From contig JAONAZ010000001.1 in the NCBI GenBank assembly GCA_028376655.1, positions 40,784-104,783 of the forward strand: DNA of 64,000 bases, read 5' to 3'. Source of the stretch: Acidimicrobiia bacterium. GTDB lineage: Bacteria; Actinomycetota; Acidimicrobiia; Actinomarinales; Actinomarinaceae. Numbering within the stretch: the first letter of the stretch is position 1; every line of letters starts with the position of its first letter. The notes below the pieces were generated by a model. The model saw nothing but the letters and a program-made list of their open reading frames with translations. It made no database searches and was not told the DNA's origin. A program made the translations under genes and the position numbers. Below, piece by piece: positions 10,862 through 21,178 of this stretch.

Positions 10862-11680
10862 ATGAATGTTGGTTTATTTACTACTATGACTAATCCTGAA
10901 GACAGAAATGACCCTTGGAAAGAATCTCTTGCATGTTATGAAGATATTGTTGATGACGTAGTTGTTGTAGGTTCTGATTGGCCATATGAATTTTCATGGG
11001 ATCATATTGGTAAAACTTTTCATTCTGGTTTTCAGCAATGTAAGACCGACTGGGTTATTCGAATGGATTTAGATTATTTCTTTCATGAAAAAGATGTGAA
11101 AAGACTTCACCAAGCTCTTTTTGAACACAAGGATGCTCCCGCAATAGCTTTTCCTCAATATCAATTTTTTTCTCCTGAAAGATACCAAATAAAAACATTA
11201 ATTTGCATTGCACTAAATAAAAAGGTGTTTCCCTCAATTAAGCTAAATGGCGGTGGAGATCTTTGTCTACCAACAATTGATGGTAAACTAATTAATCCAT
11301 GGAGTGTCCCTATAGCAAACATACCAGTTTGGCAGTACGATACAGTTTTTAGAACAAAAGAGATTATTTCTGAAGATAGAGCAAGGTTTGCTAGGGCCTG
11401 GTATAGATATTTTAATGACTGGGGTGATAGGGGTGGTGGCACTCCAGAAGAAGCATTTGAAGCTTGGTTTAAAGGTGTTAGTGGTAAATACACAAAGCAT
11501 ACTTTTAAGTCTAAAATTGAAAATCACCCTAAATATATACAAAAAAAATTGGCTTCAATTAAAAAAGATTATTTTGGATATGACCTTTTTGGATTAAAAA
11601 ATAATACAACCTTTAAAATTAAAGAGACTTTTAGAGGTTACAAATTAAATAAAACAATAGAATACAGGTCAGTAATCTAA
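10862..11680 (+). CDS. GT2-like glycosyltransferase
   Basis: DWVIRMDLDYFF DxD motif; GT-A-like N-terminus. Confidence 0.55.
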   Translation: MNVGLFTTMTNPEDRNDPWKESLACYEDIVDDVVVVGSDWPYEFSWDHIGKTFHSGFQQCKTDWVIRMDLDYFFHEKDVKRLHQALFEHKDAPAIAFPQYQFFSPERYQIKTLICIALNKKVFPSIKLNGGGDLCLPTIDGKLINPWSVPIANIPVWQYDTVFRTKEIISEDRARFARAWYRYFNDWGDRGGGTPEEAFEAWFKGVSGKYTKHTFKSKIENHPKYIQKKLASIKKDYFGYDLFGLKNNTTFKIKETFRGYKLNKTIEYRSVI

Positions 11681-11681
11681 T

Positions 11682-12527
11682 ATGAAACAAATAAAATATA
11701 AATTTAACAAATTAGCATTTTTGATTGGTGTAAAAATAGAGTTTTTAAAAGTACATTTTTTTTACCTTGTAAATAAAAATAAAGCTATCAACAATACAAT
11801 AAAAATCAACAGAGAGTATTTAAGTACTATCGACAAGTTTTTACCATTAGATGTCTATTTAAAAAATGATTATGGAGTCCAAAAAAGGATTTACGATGAG
11901 CTTGAAGCAGAGATACCTGAGCTGGTTACATATTCTGACCTTATGGTTTTCTTGATCAATGACTTATTTAAAAATAATATAAGTTATCTAGAAATTGGTG
12001 TTTCTGTTTTGAAAAATTATTTACAAATAAATAATGGCGTGAGAGATTCTATATTAGTTGCCTATGACATAAATGATGTTAATCCTAGTTTCGAAGATTT
12101 TGAAAATATTAAGTTGAACAATAATACTTTGTACTATTTCAAAGGGAGCGTTTTAGATGTAAAAGATACCTCAAAATTTTTAGATTTATATAAAAATAAA
12201 TTTGATTTTGTTTTTTCGGATGCACTCCACACGCCGGAAGCTATCAGATCTGAATATGAACATATAATCAAAAATATTTTGAGTGATGATTTTATAATTT
12301 ACTATGATGACTTAGATTTTGATGGATTAGAGAAAGAGTTTTATGAGATAAAAAAAGATCTTGAGAGTCATAAAAATAAAAAAATAAATTACTACACTTT
12401 TTTCGTATATGGATGGATTGGGTCAAAAGAAAAACTCCATAAAAATGGAATCATTACAAATATTGATTTTTCGGCCTATTTAAAGGAGAGGAATATAAAA
12501 ATTTATGGCTTCGAAGAGGTCAAATAA
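11682..12527 (+). CDS. Class I SAM-dependent methyltransferase
   Basis: YLEIGVS, FDFVFSDALH, IYYDD motifs (Methyltransf_24-like). Confidence 0.65.
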   Translation: MKQIKYKFNKLAFLIGVKIEFLKVHFFYLVNKNKAINNTIKINREYLSTIDKFLPLDVYLKNDYGVQKRIYDELEAEIPELVTYSDLMVFLINDLFKNNISYLEIGVSVLKNYLQINNGVRDSILVAYDINDVNPSFEDFENIKLNNNTLYYFKGSVLDVKDTSKFLDLYKNKFDFVFSDALHTPEAIRSEYEHIIKNILSDDFIIYYDDLDFDGLEKEFYEIKKDLESHKNKKINYYTFFVYGWIGSKEKLHKNGIITNIDFSAYLKERNIKIYGFEEVK

Positions 12528-13834
12528 TTATTCCTCAGACTTAATAAATATACAACTATAAGAACATAGCTAGTTAATATTCCAAAGTTAAAATTCACTA
12601 TATCGACATTGTTCCAGTGATTGAGCGAAAGAAAATATAGGAAATGTATTGAAAAATATAAATTTTCCCTCTTTGTCGGGGAATTGTTTAAAAGCTGAGT
12701 AACCAGAATAAGAGTAACTAAAAATCCCAGTGAATATAGATTCAATCTTAAAGGAGGATACCATCCCATAAATGCCCAAAAAGAAAACATGGTTAAAGAC
12801 ACAAAGATAATATTTTTTAAGTCTTTCGAATATTCTTTAGATTTAGAGTCTTTTTCAAATATTAAATTTATAATTATCAAAATAACTGGACCTCCTAAGT
12901 AAATTAGTGTATTTAAAAAATCCCTAAGATAACATTTCATAAATAGAGGGACTGACATGCAGTAATACTCCCCTCCTTCTACGTTGTAATTAATATTTTC
13001 GTAACTAACTAAAATAAAGTCCTTTAACCATATAAACTGTCTCCAATATTCAGTTGCAGCGTTGTACGGTTCAAATCCTTGATATGATATGTAGTAATTC
13101 CAGAAAATTTTTGGCAAGATAACAATAATAACTACAAAAATACTACGCATGATTAGGTTTATATTTATGTCTTTATTTTTAAAATTAGAAAATATCAAAA
13201 AGAATGTACAAATCATAAAAGTCATATTCGCAAGTGAAAGTAAACCCAGAATAAATGCAATAAAATATCCTTTTTTATTAAGAGTGATATTTTTTTGTAA
13301 TAAATAAAAAGATAAGACGAACTGTAAAAATGTTAGGGTTTGGTGACTTGAATCAAAGATTCCAAATTTAAAAATTGGATTTAGTAGCATAATAAATAAT
13401 ACAGAATATTTTCGCCAATTAGATAAAAATAGTTTGTTACGATTAAATGAATTGATGAAAATAAAAAAAGTTATATTTACAATCACCAAATGAGCAGTTA
13501 GAAAAGTTATAAAATTTAACAAAGTTACGTTTACAATAAAATTTTTGAATAGAAAATAAAAAATTTTTAAATAAAGCAGATACAATGGTCTCGTTTGATA
13601 GTTGTAGTCAAACTCAACTATTGAAGAAATATCTCTAACTCCCACAAGATAAAGTTCAAGGTCACAACTTATTGGTATAAAAAATGTGATTTTAAAATAT
13701 TCAGAATAATTAGAAACAAACTCATTACATACAAAGAAACTAAAATTTTCAGGATATAAAATAAACATGTAGCAATATAGAAAAGTGACAGCAATTAGGT
13801 TAAATATTAACAAATCTCTGATTTTGGTTTTCAT
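12503..13834 (-). CDS. Multi-pass membrane protein, possible GT-C
   Basis: About 10 hydrophobic segments; SCDLELY..YQTRPLY loop. Confidence 0.5.
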   Translation of the reverse strand: MKTKIRDLLIFNLIAVTFLYCYMFILYPENFSFFVCNEFVSNYSEYFKITFFIPISCDLELYLVGVRDISSIVEFDYNYQTRPLYLLYLKIFYFLFKNFIVNVTLLNFITFLTAHLVIVNITFFIFINSFNRNKLFLSNWRKYSVLFIMLLNPIFKFGIFDSSHQTLTFLQFVLSFYLLQKNITLNKKGYFIAFILGLLSLANMTFMICTFFLIFSNFKNKDININLIMRSIFVVIIVILPKIFWNYYISYQGFEPYNAATEYWRQFIWLKDFILVSYENINYNVEGGEYYCMSVPLFMKCYLRDFLNTLIYLGGPVILIIINLIFEKDSKSKEYSKDLKNIIFVSLTMFSFWAFMGWYPPLRLNLYSLGFLVTLILVTQLLNNSPTKRENLYFSIHFLYFLSLNHWNNVDIVNFNFGILTSYVLIVVYLLSLRNNYLTSSKP

Positions 13835-14943
13835 GGTTTGATTATCCGTAATTTTATATCTTGATTTTCTTTCATTTCGTTAACCATGGAAAGTGCCCAC
13901 AACAAGAGCATGCTGCCATGTATATCTGGTACAGGCTCACCTTTTGTAATTCTTAAACCATAGTAAAAAATTTGGCTTTGATTAAGATAATAAGAAAATC
14001 CACCCTCTCTCACAAAATAGTGTTTTGATATAGATTCAAGAAGTCCATCTAAATAACTGAGTATTTCTTTTTTCCTATAATTTGTTTGTTTAGAACAAAT
14101 ATAGAGTATGTATACAATATCTACTAGGTCGCAACCTTTGTTAGAGGGAGCTATCCTTAAACAAGTGTCAATTAATTTATCTGGAAGATGAACTTTTATA
14201 TTGAGCCAATCTAATCCAGTTAATATCTTCATCGTGCCATTGATTATTTCTGAATCTGAGGGAGTACTTCCTTTAAAGTAACAACCAGTTTCTAAGCTAA
14301 GTAACTCTTCGCTAAAAGTAGATAGTTCATTTTTATTTTTTAAATAATTAGACGATCTAAAATCTTGAGTTTCAAGAAATACACACAGACCAGAAAATTG
14401 TGCTCCCGAATTCCATGGTTTTGTCCAATCTAAAGAATTAAGATAGGAAGTTACTGAATCAGTTTTAATTATGTCACTTTCGTAATGTAGATTATTTGTA
14501 AATCCAACTTGATGTAAAGAAGAAATCGCCTGTTTAGTTTCAGCTCTTATAAATTCATCTATTTCTACATTTTTTTTCTTGTAATTTCTGTTGAGTATTT
14601 TTTTTGCTTGCCTTTTTGCTTCAGTGTTTATATCAAATTTTTTTATAATTGAATAATAATCTTTATCTATGAATGAATTTTTAGGAAGATTGTCTATTTG
14701 ATTATCTTGAAAACTATTTATTAAGTTAATCCATTCAGTTTTTTTTTGAGTTGATAAATCATCCCATGCATCTAAAATATACATACACTTTAAGGCAAAA
14801 CATGAAAATCCAAGTGTTAGCTTACTGCCAGCAGGTGTAAGACCTTGCGTGGCTGGATAATAATATCCTGTTTTTTCTTTTTCTAAAGACGATAAAAATG
14901 AGAGGAAATTTTCTTTAAAGCCTTCATTTATTTTTAATTTCAT
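13831..14943 (-). CDS. Hypothetical protein, prenyltransferase/squalene-cyclase-like alpha/alpha repeat
   Basis: Repeated helix-ending motifs TGYY, TGCYF, EGGFSY; also LDWTKPWNSGA and PDIHGS. Confidence 0.45.
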   Translation of the reverse strand: MKLKINEGFKENFLSFLSSLEKEKTGYYYPATQGLTPAGSKLTLGFSCFALKCMYILDAWDDLSTQKKTEWINLINSFQDNQIDNLPKNSFIDKDYYSIIKKFDINTEAKRQAKKILNRNYKKKNVEIDEFIRAETKQAISSLHQVGFTNNLHYESDIIKTDSVTSYLNSLDWTKPWNSGAQFSGLCVFLETQDFRSSNYLKNKNELSTFSEELLSLETGCYFKGSTPSDSEIINGTMKILTGLDWLNIKVHLPDKLIDTCLRIAPSNKGCDLVDIVYILYICSKQTNYRKKEILSYLDGLLESISKHYFVREGGFSYYLNQSQIFYYGLRITKGEPVPDIHGSMLLLWALSMVNEMKENQDIKLRIIKP

Positions 14944-14977
14944 ATGTAAATGTTAATAAGTTTATACAATAGTATGT

Positions 14978-15910
14978 GTGAATAATTTTGTATATGCAGT
15001 TGATGAAAACTACAACACCCAGCTATTTTATTCAATTTTTAGCCTTCTAGACAATTTTGATTCGGATGTGAATGTCTATGTAATACATAAAAATCCTGAG
15101 TCTTTTATAAACTATAAGCAATCTTTAGAAAATAGTTATAAAATACTAAATCTAAATATTTATAAATTTCATTTCAGTAACTTTGATTTCCCAAATATAA
15201 AAGATAAACATGTTTCAGAGGCTACATATTACAGATTATTTATAGACCAGATTATTCCTAAAGAAATTGATTTTTACACATACCTTGATGCAGATATTAT
15301 TTGTATAAATACTCCCATGCAATATCTATCAGAAGTAATAAGTGAGCTTACTTGTGGTGAACAGATTATTGGATGCAGAACCGAAAAAAATTTAATCACT
15401 GAAAACAAAGAGTCTTTTGAACTACTAGGTATGCAATCATCAAAATATTTTAATGCTGGAGTTATGGTTGTAAATCATCAAAAATGGCAAACTGAAAATG
15501 TGGGAGCAAAGTTACTTGAAAAGCTTAATGAAATAAAAGATAAAATCAACTATTGGGATCAAGATGTTTTGAATTCTTTTTTTGATGGAAGATATAAAGA
15601 ACTTTCTCTAAATTTAAACTATCCAATAAATCTTCGCTGGCCGATGGACTGTAAAGATATATCTTCAAAGGGAATATTTTTGCACTATCAAAGCAATAAT
15701 AAACCGTGGTCCATAAGAGGTTGTTTCAACTTAGGGAGTAGTTTTTATCAAGATATTGCTCTAAAAACAGAGAGCAAACACCACCTGGTAAAGACTGTAA
15801 GAAGGTTTGATCTTTTACATCTAATTATTGATACCTTTAAATTAAATTTCAGAAATATCTCAGAACCTTTCAAGTTTTATAAATTAGCTATTAGAAAAAT
15901 ATTTAGATGA
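14978..15910 (+). CDS. Glycosyltransferase family 8
   Basis: ATYYRLFI, YLDADII, YFNAGVMVVN, DQDVLN, KPW. Confidence 0.92.
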   Translation: MNNFVYAVDENYNTQLFYSIFSLLDNFDSDVNVYVIHKNPESFINYKQSLENSYKILNLNIYKFHFSNFDFPNIKDKHVSEATYYRLFIDQIIPKEIDFYTYLDADIICINTPMQYLSEVISELTCGEQIIGCRTEKNLITENKESFELLGMQSSKYFNAGVMVVNHQKWQTENVGAKLLEKLNEIKDKINYWDQDVLNSFFDGRYKELSLNLNYPINLRWPMDCKDISSKGIFLHYQSNNKPWSIRGCFNLGSSFYQDIALKTESKHHLVKTVRRFDLLHLIIDTFKLNFRNISEPFKFYKLAIRKIFR

Positions 15911-15928
15911 TGGATATACAATAAAAAA

Positions 15929-16852
15929 ATGAAGGTATTAATTTTCGGAAGTAAAGGTTTAGTTGGTAGTTCTGTCTCAAAGAAGATTACTGAAGTTGAA
16001 CCCAGTTATAAGCTTGTTAAGTCAAGTAGAGAAGATACAAATCTATTTTCATATATTGAAACATCTAAAAAAATTAAAGAAGAAAAGCCAGATGTAGTAA
16101 TAATTGCCGCAGCAAAAGTTGGTGGAATTTATGCTAACAATACAAATAGATATCAATTTATAGTTGAAAATTTAAAAATAAATTTAAACATTCTTGAAGC
16201 ATTAGCTGAATACTCAAAAACAAAAATTATAAATATTGGAAGTAGCTGCATCTATCCACTAGGTGTAAAAAATCCTATTTCGGAAGATAGTCTTATGACT
16301 GGTAAACTAGAACCAACGAATTCCCCATATTCAATGGCCAAACTTGTCTCAGTTGAGCTTGGTAAAACATTGAAAACCCAATTTGGACACGAAGTAATTA
16401 ATCTCATGCCAACCAATTTGTATGGACCGAATGATAAATTTGAAGAAATGAACAGCCATGTAATACCAGGACTTATGTACAAAATGCATGAAGCAAAAGT
16501 TAAAGGTGCAAAGACTGTTGAAATATGGGGAAGTGGAAATCCTCTTAGAGAATTCATGCATGTCGATGATTTGGCATCAGCAATTATATTTTTATTAAAA
16601 AAAGAAGTTAGTCAAGATATATTGAACATTGGATCTGGAGAAGAAGTATCTATTAAAGTTCTTGCTAATAAAATCAAATCTGTTGTTAATTTTGAAGGAG
16701 AATTAATTTTTAATGATAAATTTCCTGATGGTAATCCTAAAAAACTCCTTGACTCAAGTGCAATTAATAAATTAGGTTGGAGTTCTTCGATTGATCTTGA
16801 TTCAGGCCTTAAATCAACATATGAATGGTACAAAAATACTTTAACTACTTAA
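15929..16852 (+). CDS. fcl: GDP-L-fucose synthase
   Basis: GSKGLVGS, AAAKVGGIYAN, GSSCIYP, LEPTNSPYSMAK, MPTNLYGPND. Confidence 0.95.
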   Translation: MKVLIFGSKGLVGSSVSKKITEVEPSYKLVKSSREDTNLFSYIETSKKIKEEKPDVVIIAAAKVGGIYANNTNRYQFIVENLKINLNILEALAEYSKTKIINIGSSCIYPLGVKNPISEDSLMTGKLEPTNSPYSMAKLVSVELGKTLKTQFGHEVINLMPTNLYGPNDKFEEMNSHVIPGLMYKMHEAKVKGAKTVEIWGSGNPLREFMHVDDLASAIIFLLKKEVSQDILNIGSGEEVSIKVLANKIKSVVNFEGELIFNDKFPDGNPKKLLDSSAINKLGWSSSIDLDSGLKSTYEWYKNTLTT

Positions 16853-17881
16853 GGGATGTTCCCATGTTGGGGTTATAAGATTTTCATCAAGCAATACTTT
16901 ATCTTTTTTTGCTAATTCTAAATCGCTTTCACACATAAGTTTGACTAGGTCTTCAAAAGATGTTTTAGGTTTCCAATCTAGTAATTCACTGGCTTTTGAA
17001 TAATCTCCAAGTAGATAATCAACTTCATTAGGTCTAAAGTATTTTTCTGAAGTTATTACATACTTTTCCCAATCTAAATCATAGAGACTAAATGCAATTG
17101 AGAGGAAATCCTTGATCGTATGGGTTTCTCCTGTTGCCAATACCCAATCATCTGGAGTGTTGTACTGCATCATTTTCCACATACCCTCGACGTAGTCTCC
17201 AGCAAAACCCCAGTCTCGTGAAGCATCGAGATTCCCTAATGTTAGTTTTTCTTGAATTCCAAGCACTATTCTGCCTAATGCACGAGTAATTTTTCTAGTA
17301 ACAAATGTTTGTCCTCTAAGGGGAGACTCATGATTAAATAATATCCCATTTACACAAAATAAGTCATATGAATCTCTATACATCTTTGTCATATTGTGGG
17401 CAAAAACTTTTGATGCAGCATAAGGACTTTTTGGGTCAAAAGGTGACTTTTCATTTAGAGAAACTTTTTCGCTTCCTCCAAACATCTCTGATGAAGAAGC
17501 CTGATAAAATTTTACATCTTTTTCAGAATATCGAATTGCCTCTAACATTGAGAGAGGTCCCATATTTCCCGTCTGTGTGGTGTAAACAGGATTCTTAAAT
17601 GACACCATAACATGTGATTGAGCTGCAAGGTTGTAAATTTCGTCAGGATTAATTGACTGAATTAAGGTATTAAGGGATGACGAGTCAAGAAGATCTGAAT
17701 AATGCAATTTAAATTTACCAGATTCTTGGTATTTTGATATTAAATCATCAATTCTATAGGTGTTTATACTTGAAGACCTCCTAACTGTTCCATGAACTGT
17801 GTATTCTTTATCAATTAAAAAGTTTGAAAGGTAACTTCCATCTTGACCTGTGACTCCTGTAATTAGTGCAACTTTTCCCAT
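16841..17881 (-). CDS. gmd: GDP-mannose 4,6-dehydratase
   Basis: ALITGVTGQDGSYL, YNLAAQSHV, FYQASSSEMFG, GILFNHESP, RDWG. Confidence 0.97.
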   Translation of the reverse strand: MGKVALITGVTGQDGSYLSNFLIDKEYTVHGTVRRSSSINTYRIDDLISKYQESGKFKLHYSDLLDSSSLNTLIQSINPDEIYNLAAQSHVMVSFKNPVYTTQTGNMGPLSMLEAIRYSEKDVKFYQASSSEMFGGSEKVSLNEKSPFDPKSPYAASKVFAHNMTKMYRDSYDLFCVNGILFNHESPLRGQTFVTRKITRALGRIVLGIQEKLTLGNLDASRDWGFAGDYVEGMWKMMQYNTPDDWVLATGETHTIKDFLSIAFSLYDLDWEKYVITSEKYFRPNEVDYLLGDYSKASELLDWKPKTSFEDLVKLMCESDLELAKKDKVLLDENLITPTWEHPLSS

Positions 17882-17891
17882 AAAATGTACT

Positions 17892-19208
17892 TTAATCTTG
17901 TTTTTGTAAAAAGTAGCCTATGAAAAAATAATAAAGCATTGGAAACTGAACCCCATCCATTGTTATGTCTAATGATGACATAACAAGGCAGGGAACTAAA
18001 AATGTATATGCATGTTGTTTTAAATTTGAAGATTTAAGTTTTTGTAATACCTGGTAATAAATATATACAAATAATATAAAATTCAAAATCCCTCCTCGAG
18101 CAAATGTTGTCATAAAGAAATTATGAACATGTTCATTTAATCCATCACGTCCTAACCTTCCAGGGGCAGATGGATCTGTCATAACCGGTATTATTGACTC
18201 ATAACCATATCCGTATATCATTAAATTTTTATTATTCAGGTCGCTAATAACATCTTGCCAAATATCTAATCTCCAATTTGTCGTTGGATCCGTTGAAAAT
18301 ATTCTTCCTTCACTAAAATAAAGAGATAAAAAAACATCTTGGGTACTTTTTTCATCTGCGATATTGGATACAACTTTTGGTAAATCAGATATCCCAACAG
18401 ACTCAGGAGAGCTTTGATCAGCACCAATATTACTTACCCTAAGCGAAGAATATGAAAATACTACAACGTTCAATAAAACAAACAATATTACTTTCCACGA
18501 CATATCTTTAAGAAGTTTTTTTTCGAAAAAATTATAAAATATAACAAACAAAAATAGACCCAGTACAGCACCCCTACTATTTAAAGCAATTAAGGGTAAG
18601 AATAAAAAAGAGGTTAAGTTAGCAAAATAAATTGCAAATACTTTGTTTTCGGTATATAAAAAAAGGAATAAAGTTGAAATAATTATTATTAGTACCATAT
18701 CTGCAGCTTTCATAAATTGAAACTTGTCAGAATATTCAATAAAAAAATTAATAATAAAATTTGGGAAGTTTCCTGTTTGAAAAATATAAACAGTAAAAGG
18801 CAATAGAAAGAAACCTAATTTAATTAAAACGTCATTATTGGAAATTGATGAGACAAAAAGACCAATAAATATAAACGATATTGTCCAGATTGTAGAGCTT
18901 GATTTAAATAAATATAGATCAATATTTCTAAAATCTGAAAAACTTCTAATCAGAAATAAGATAATTATTGCCTTATACAAAATCGTAATTTTAGATTCTT
19001 TCAACCTAAATATTGCTTCTGGTTTTTCAAAAAATAAAAAGTATAGAGCAGTCGTTAAGCCGACTCCAACCAAAAGCTCACCTATTCGAAATCCTAGAAT
19101 AGATAGACCAATAAATGATCTTGTAAATAAAGATGTACAAAAAATAAAAGCGAATACTAAATATGTAAAGATTTTCTTGACTGAAAGTGATTTAATAATT
19201 GTTTGCAT
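17892..19208 (-). CDS. O-antigen ligase/Wzy-like membrane protein
   Basis: SRGAVLG, WRLDIWQ, GYGY, HVHNFF..GG. Confidence 0.75.
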   Translation of the reverse strand: MQTIIKSLSVKKIFTYLVFAFIFCTSLFTRSFIGLSILGFRIGELLVGVGLTTALYFLFFEKPEAIFRLKESKITILYKAIIILFLIRSFSDFRNIDLYLFKSSSTIWTISFIFIGLFVSSISNNDVLIKLGFFLLPFTVYIFQTGNFPNFIINFFIEYSDKFQFMKAADMVLIIIISTLFLFLYTENKVFAIYFANLTSFLFLPLIALNSRGAVLGLFLFVIFYNFFEKKLLKDMSWKVILFVLLNVVVFSYSSLRVSNIGADQSSPESVGISDLPKVVSNIADEKSTQDVFLSLYFSEGRIFSTDPTTNWRLDIWQDVISDLNNKNLMIYGYGYESIIPVMTDPSAPGRLGRDGLNEHVHNFFMTTFARGGILNFILFVYIYYQVLQKLKSSNLKQHAYTFLVPCLVMSSLDITMDGVQFPMLYYFFIGYFLQKQD

Positions 19209-19209
19209 C

Positions 19210-20265
19210 TTATTTACTCTTTGTTAATTTTAATTTCCTTCTAGCCAAATATATTCTCTTAGCTATAGCATTTTGCTTATTGATTAAATTTCTTTTACTA
19301 AGTATATTATCCCTTTTTTCAAGCATATCATTAAACATTCTTTCAAATGCTTTGCACATATTTTGAGAATTAAAAGGATATTTTTCCATATGTTTTAAGT
19401 GTTTGTCATAGTTAGTTCTCATCTCTTCTAAAATTTCAGAAAAATTATCTTTGTTAAATTCAAGTCCAAATCCGTGACAATATTCGGGGATACCTCCGCT
19501 ATTTATATACAAAACAGGTAAGCCACACTGTGCACCCTCTATGTGGTGGTTCCCCGAGGGTTCGTTCAAAGATGCAGTTAAGTACACGTGATTTTTTTTA
19601 ATTTCTTTAGCTAGATTGCTTCCTGATAAGGGTTTTATTACTTTTGTATTTTTAAAACTAAAGTTTTTTGGCAAATTTCCGATATAAGTAAACTCAAAAT
19701 AATTTTTATAAAAGCTTTCTTCCAATAAATTGTCTAATTTTGAATATATATCAAAACCTTTATTCCAATTAGCTCCCCAGTGGTGAGTCACAATTTTTAG
19801 CTTTTCTTCCTGATTCCACGATGCCCTACCTTTCTCATTAAATATAGCCCTATCAGCACCTGCAAGAATTACATGATTTTGTTTTTTGTTTATTCCTTGT
19901 TCTTCATAAACATCTCTGAGCCAAGTACTAACAAAAACCGTATAATCAGCAACTTTATTTGCCTCAATTAAATACTTATTTACGTAATTTGTATTTTTGC
20001 GCTCATCACATTCATTTACCCTATGGACAACCAGCGTCTTGCCGTTGATGTAATTTAAATAATTTTCAACATCTATATGTGTATAAGCTGATGACTCCGA
20101 GGTTCTCCTGGGTTCTGTTAGTAAGATTATATCAATATCACTGTCATTTAAATCTGTGACTACTTTATGACCTTTAGTCTCTAAATATTTTTTTATATTA
20201 ATTGCAAATAAGTTTCCCCCACCCCAAGGGCCCTCTTTAATGTTTGTACCTATACTAACTTTCAT
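19210..20265 (-). CDS. GT-B (GT4-like) glycosyltransferase
   Basis: GPWGGG, NKGFD, EPSGNHHIEGAQCGLPV. Confidence 0.75.
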   Translation of the reverse strand: MKVSIGTNIKEGPWGGGNLFAINIKKYLETKGHKVVTDLNDSDIDIILLTEPRRTSESSAYTHIDVENYLNYINGKTLVVHRVNECDERKNTNYVNKYLIEANKVADYTVFVSTWLRDVYEEQGINKKQNHVILAGADRAIFNEKGRASWNQEEKLKIVTHHWGANWNKGFDIYSKLDNLLEESFYKNYFEFTYIGNLPKNFSFKNTKVIKPLSGSNLAKEIKKNHVYLTASLNEPSGNHHIEGAQCGLPVLYINSGGIPEYCHGFGLEFNKDNFSEILEEMRTNYDKHLKHMEKYPFNSQNMCKAFERMFNDMLEKRDNILSKRNLINKQNAIAKRIYLARRKLKLTKSK

Positions 20266-21178
20266 ATAAGTCCTTAAATATATCTATGAAAGGTAAAAAA
20301 CCGTTGGGGATTTTTATATTTTGAACTTTCTCGAAAGCGTAATTTACATCTGGGTATGCTTTTTGATGTTCGTTAATTTTAAATATTGAGTTAGGGCTTA
20401 ATATTTCACTTGCATAACCAACATTTGTTGAAATTATAGGTGTTTTTGTTACCGCTGACTCAAAAATAGATCTTGGTCCTCCTTCGACTCTTGATGAAAC
20501 AATATAGAGATCTAAGAGGTTGTAAAGTTCATTCAACTCTTTGTACGATGCCATTTCAAAATAGTAATACGGGATATTGTTTTCTTTAAATAGGTTTATT
20601 AAATATTGTCGCCGGGTCCCAGCAAGAAGTACCTTTGTATTATTATTTTCTCTTAATTTTTCTTTTACTATTTCGAAAAAAATATCGGGCCCTTTTGATA
20701 GCTTAGGAGTTTTAAGGTCGAACCCCTCAGTATCTCTTTGAAATGAGCCAATAATGAATGCTTCTTCTGGTATTTCATATTTTTTTCTGAGTTGCTCTTT
20801 ATTCTTAATATTAAAAAAAGTACTTTCATCTATCCAAAATGGTGCAACAGATATTTTTTTATCTGTAAGTTTAGATAATTGATTTTTAGTTATCTCGCAA
20901 ATAACATGGTATTCATTTACAAATCCATCTCTTTCGTAAAAATTTTTTTCTTCTATCGAATCAAACTTCTCAAAATCTATGTGGTGTATTGTACAAAGTA
21001 CTTTTTTACTATCTAAATATTTTTTTTTAGTTTTATTCCAAGTCCAAGGGGCAATTATCCATATTATGTCACTCTTTTTGATTTTATCCGTAATGTAACC
21101 ACTATTGTGTTCTTCCCATTCTAAAATGAACTTATCTACAACCCAGTTTTCCTTGATTTTATTAGTAAAAATTTTCAT
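20255..21178 (-). CDS. Glycosyltransferase family 4
   Basis: KGPDIF, SRVEGGPRSIFESAVTKTPIISTNVG. Confidence 0.85.
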   Translation of the reverse strand: MKIFTNKIKENWVVDKFILEWEEHNSGYITDKIKKSDIIWIIAPWTWNKTKKKYLDSKKVLCTIHHIDFEKFDSIEEKNFYERDGFVNEYHVICEITKNQLSKLTDKKISVAPFWIDESTFFNIKNKEQLRKKYEIPEEAFIIGSFQRDTEGFDLKTPKLSKGPDIFFEIVKEKLRENNNTKVLLAGTRRQYLINLFKENNIPYYYFEMASYKELNELYNLLDLYIVSSRVEGGPRSIFESAVTKTPIISTNVGYASEILSPNSIFKINEHQKAYPDVNYAFEKVQNIKIPNGFLPFIDIFKDLYES

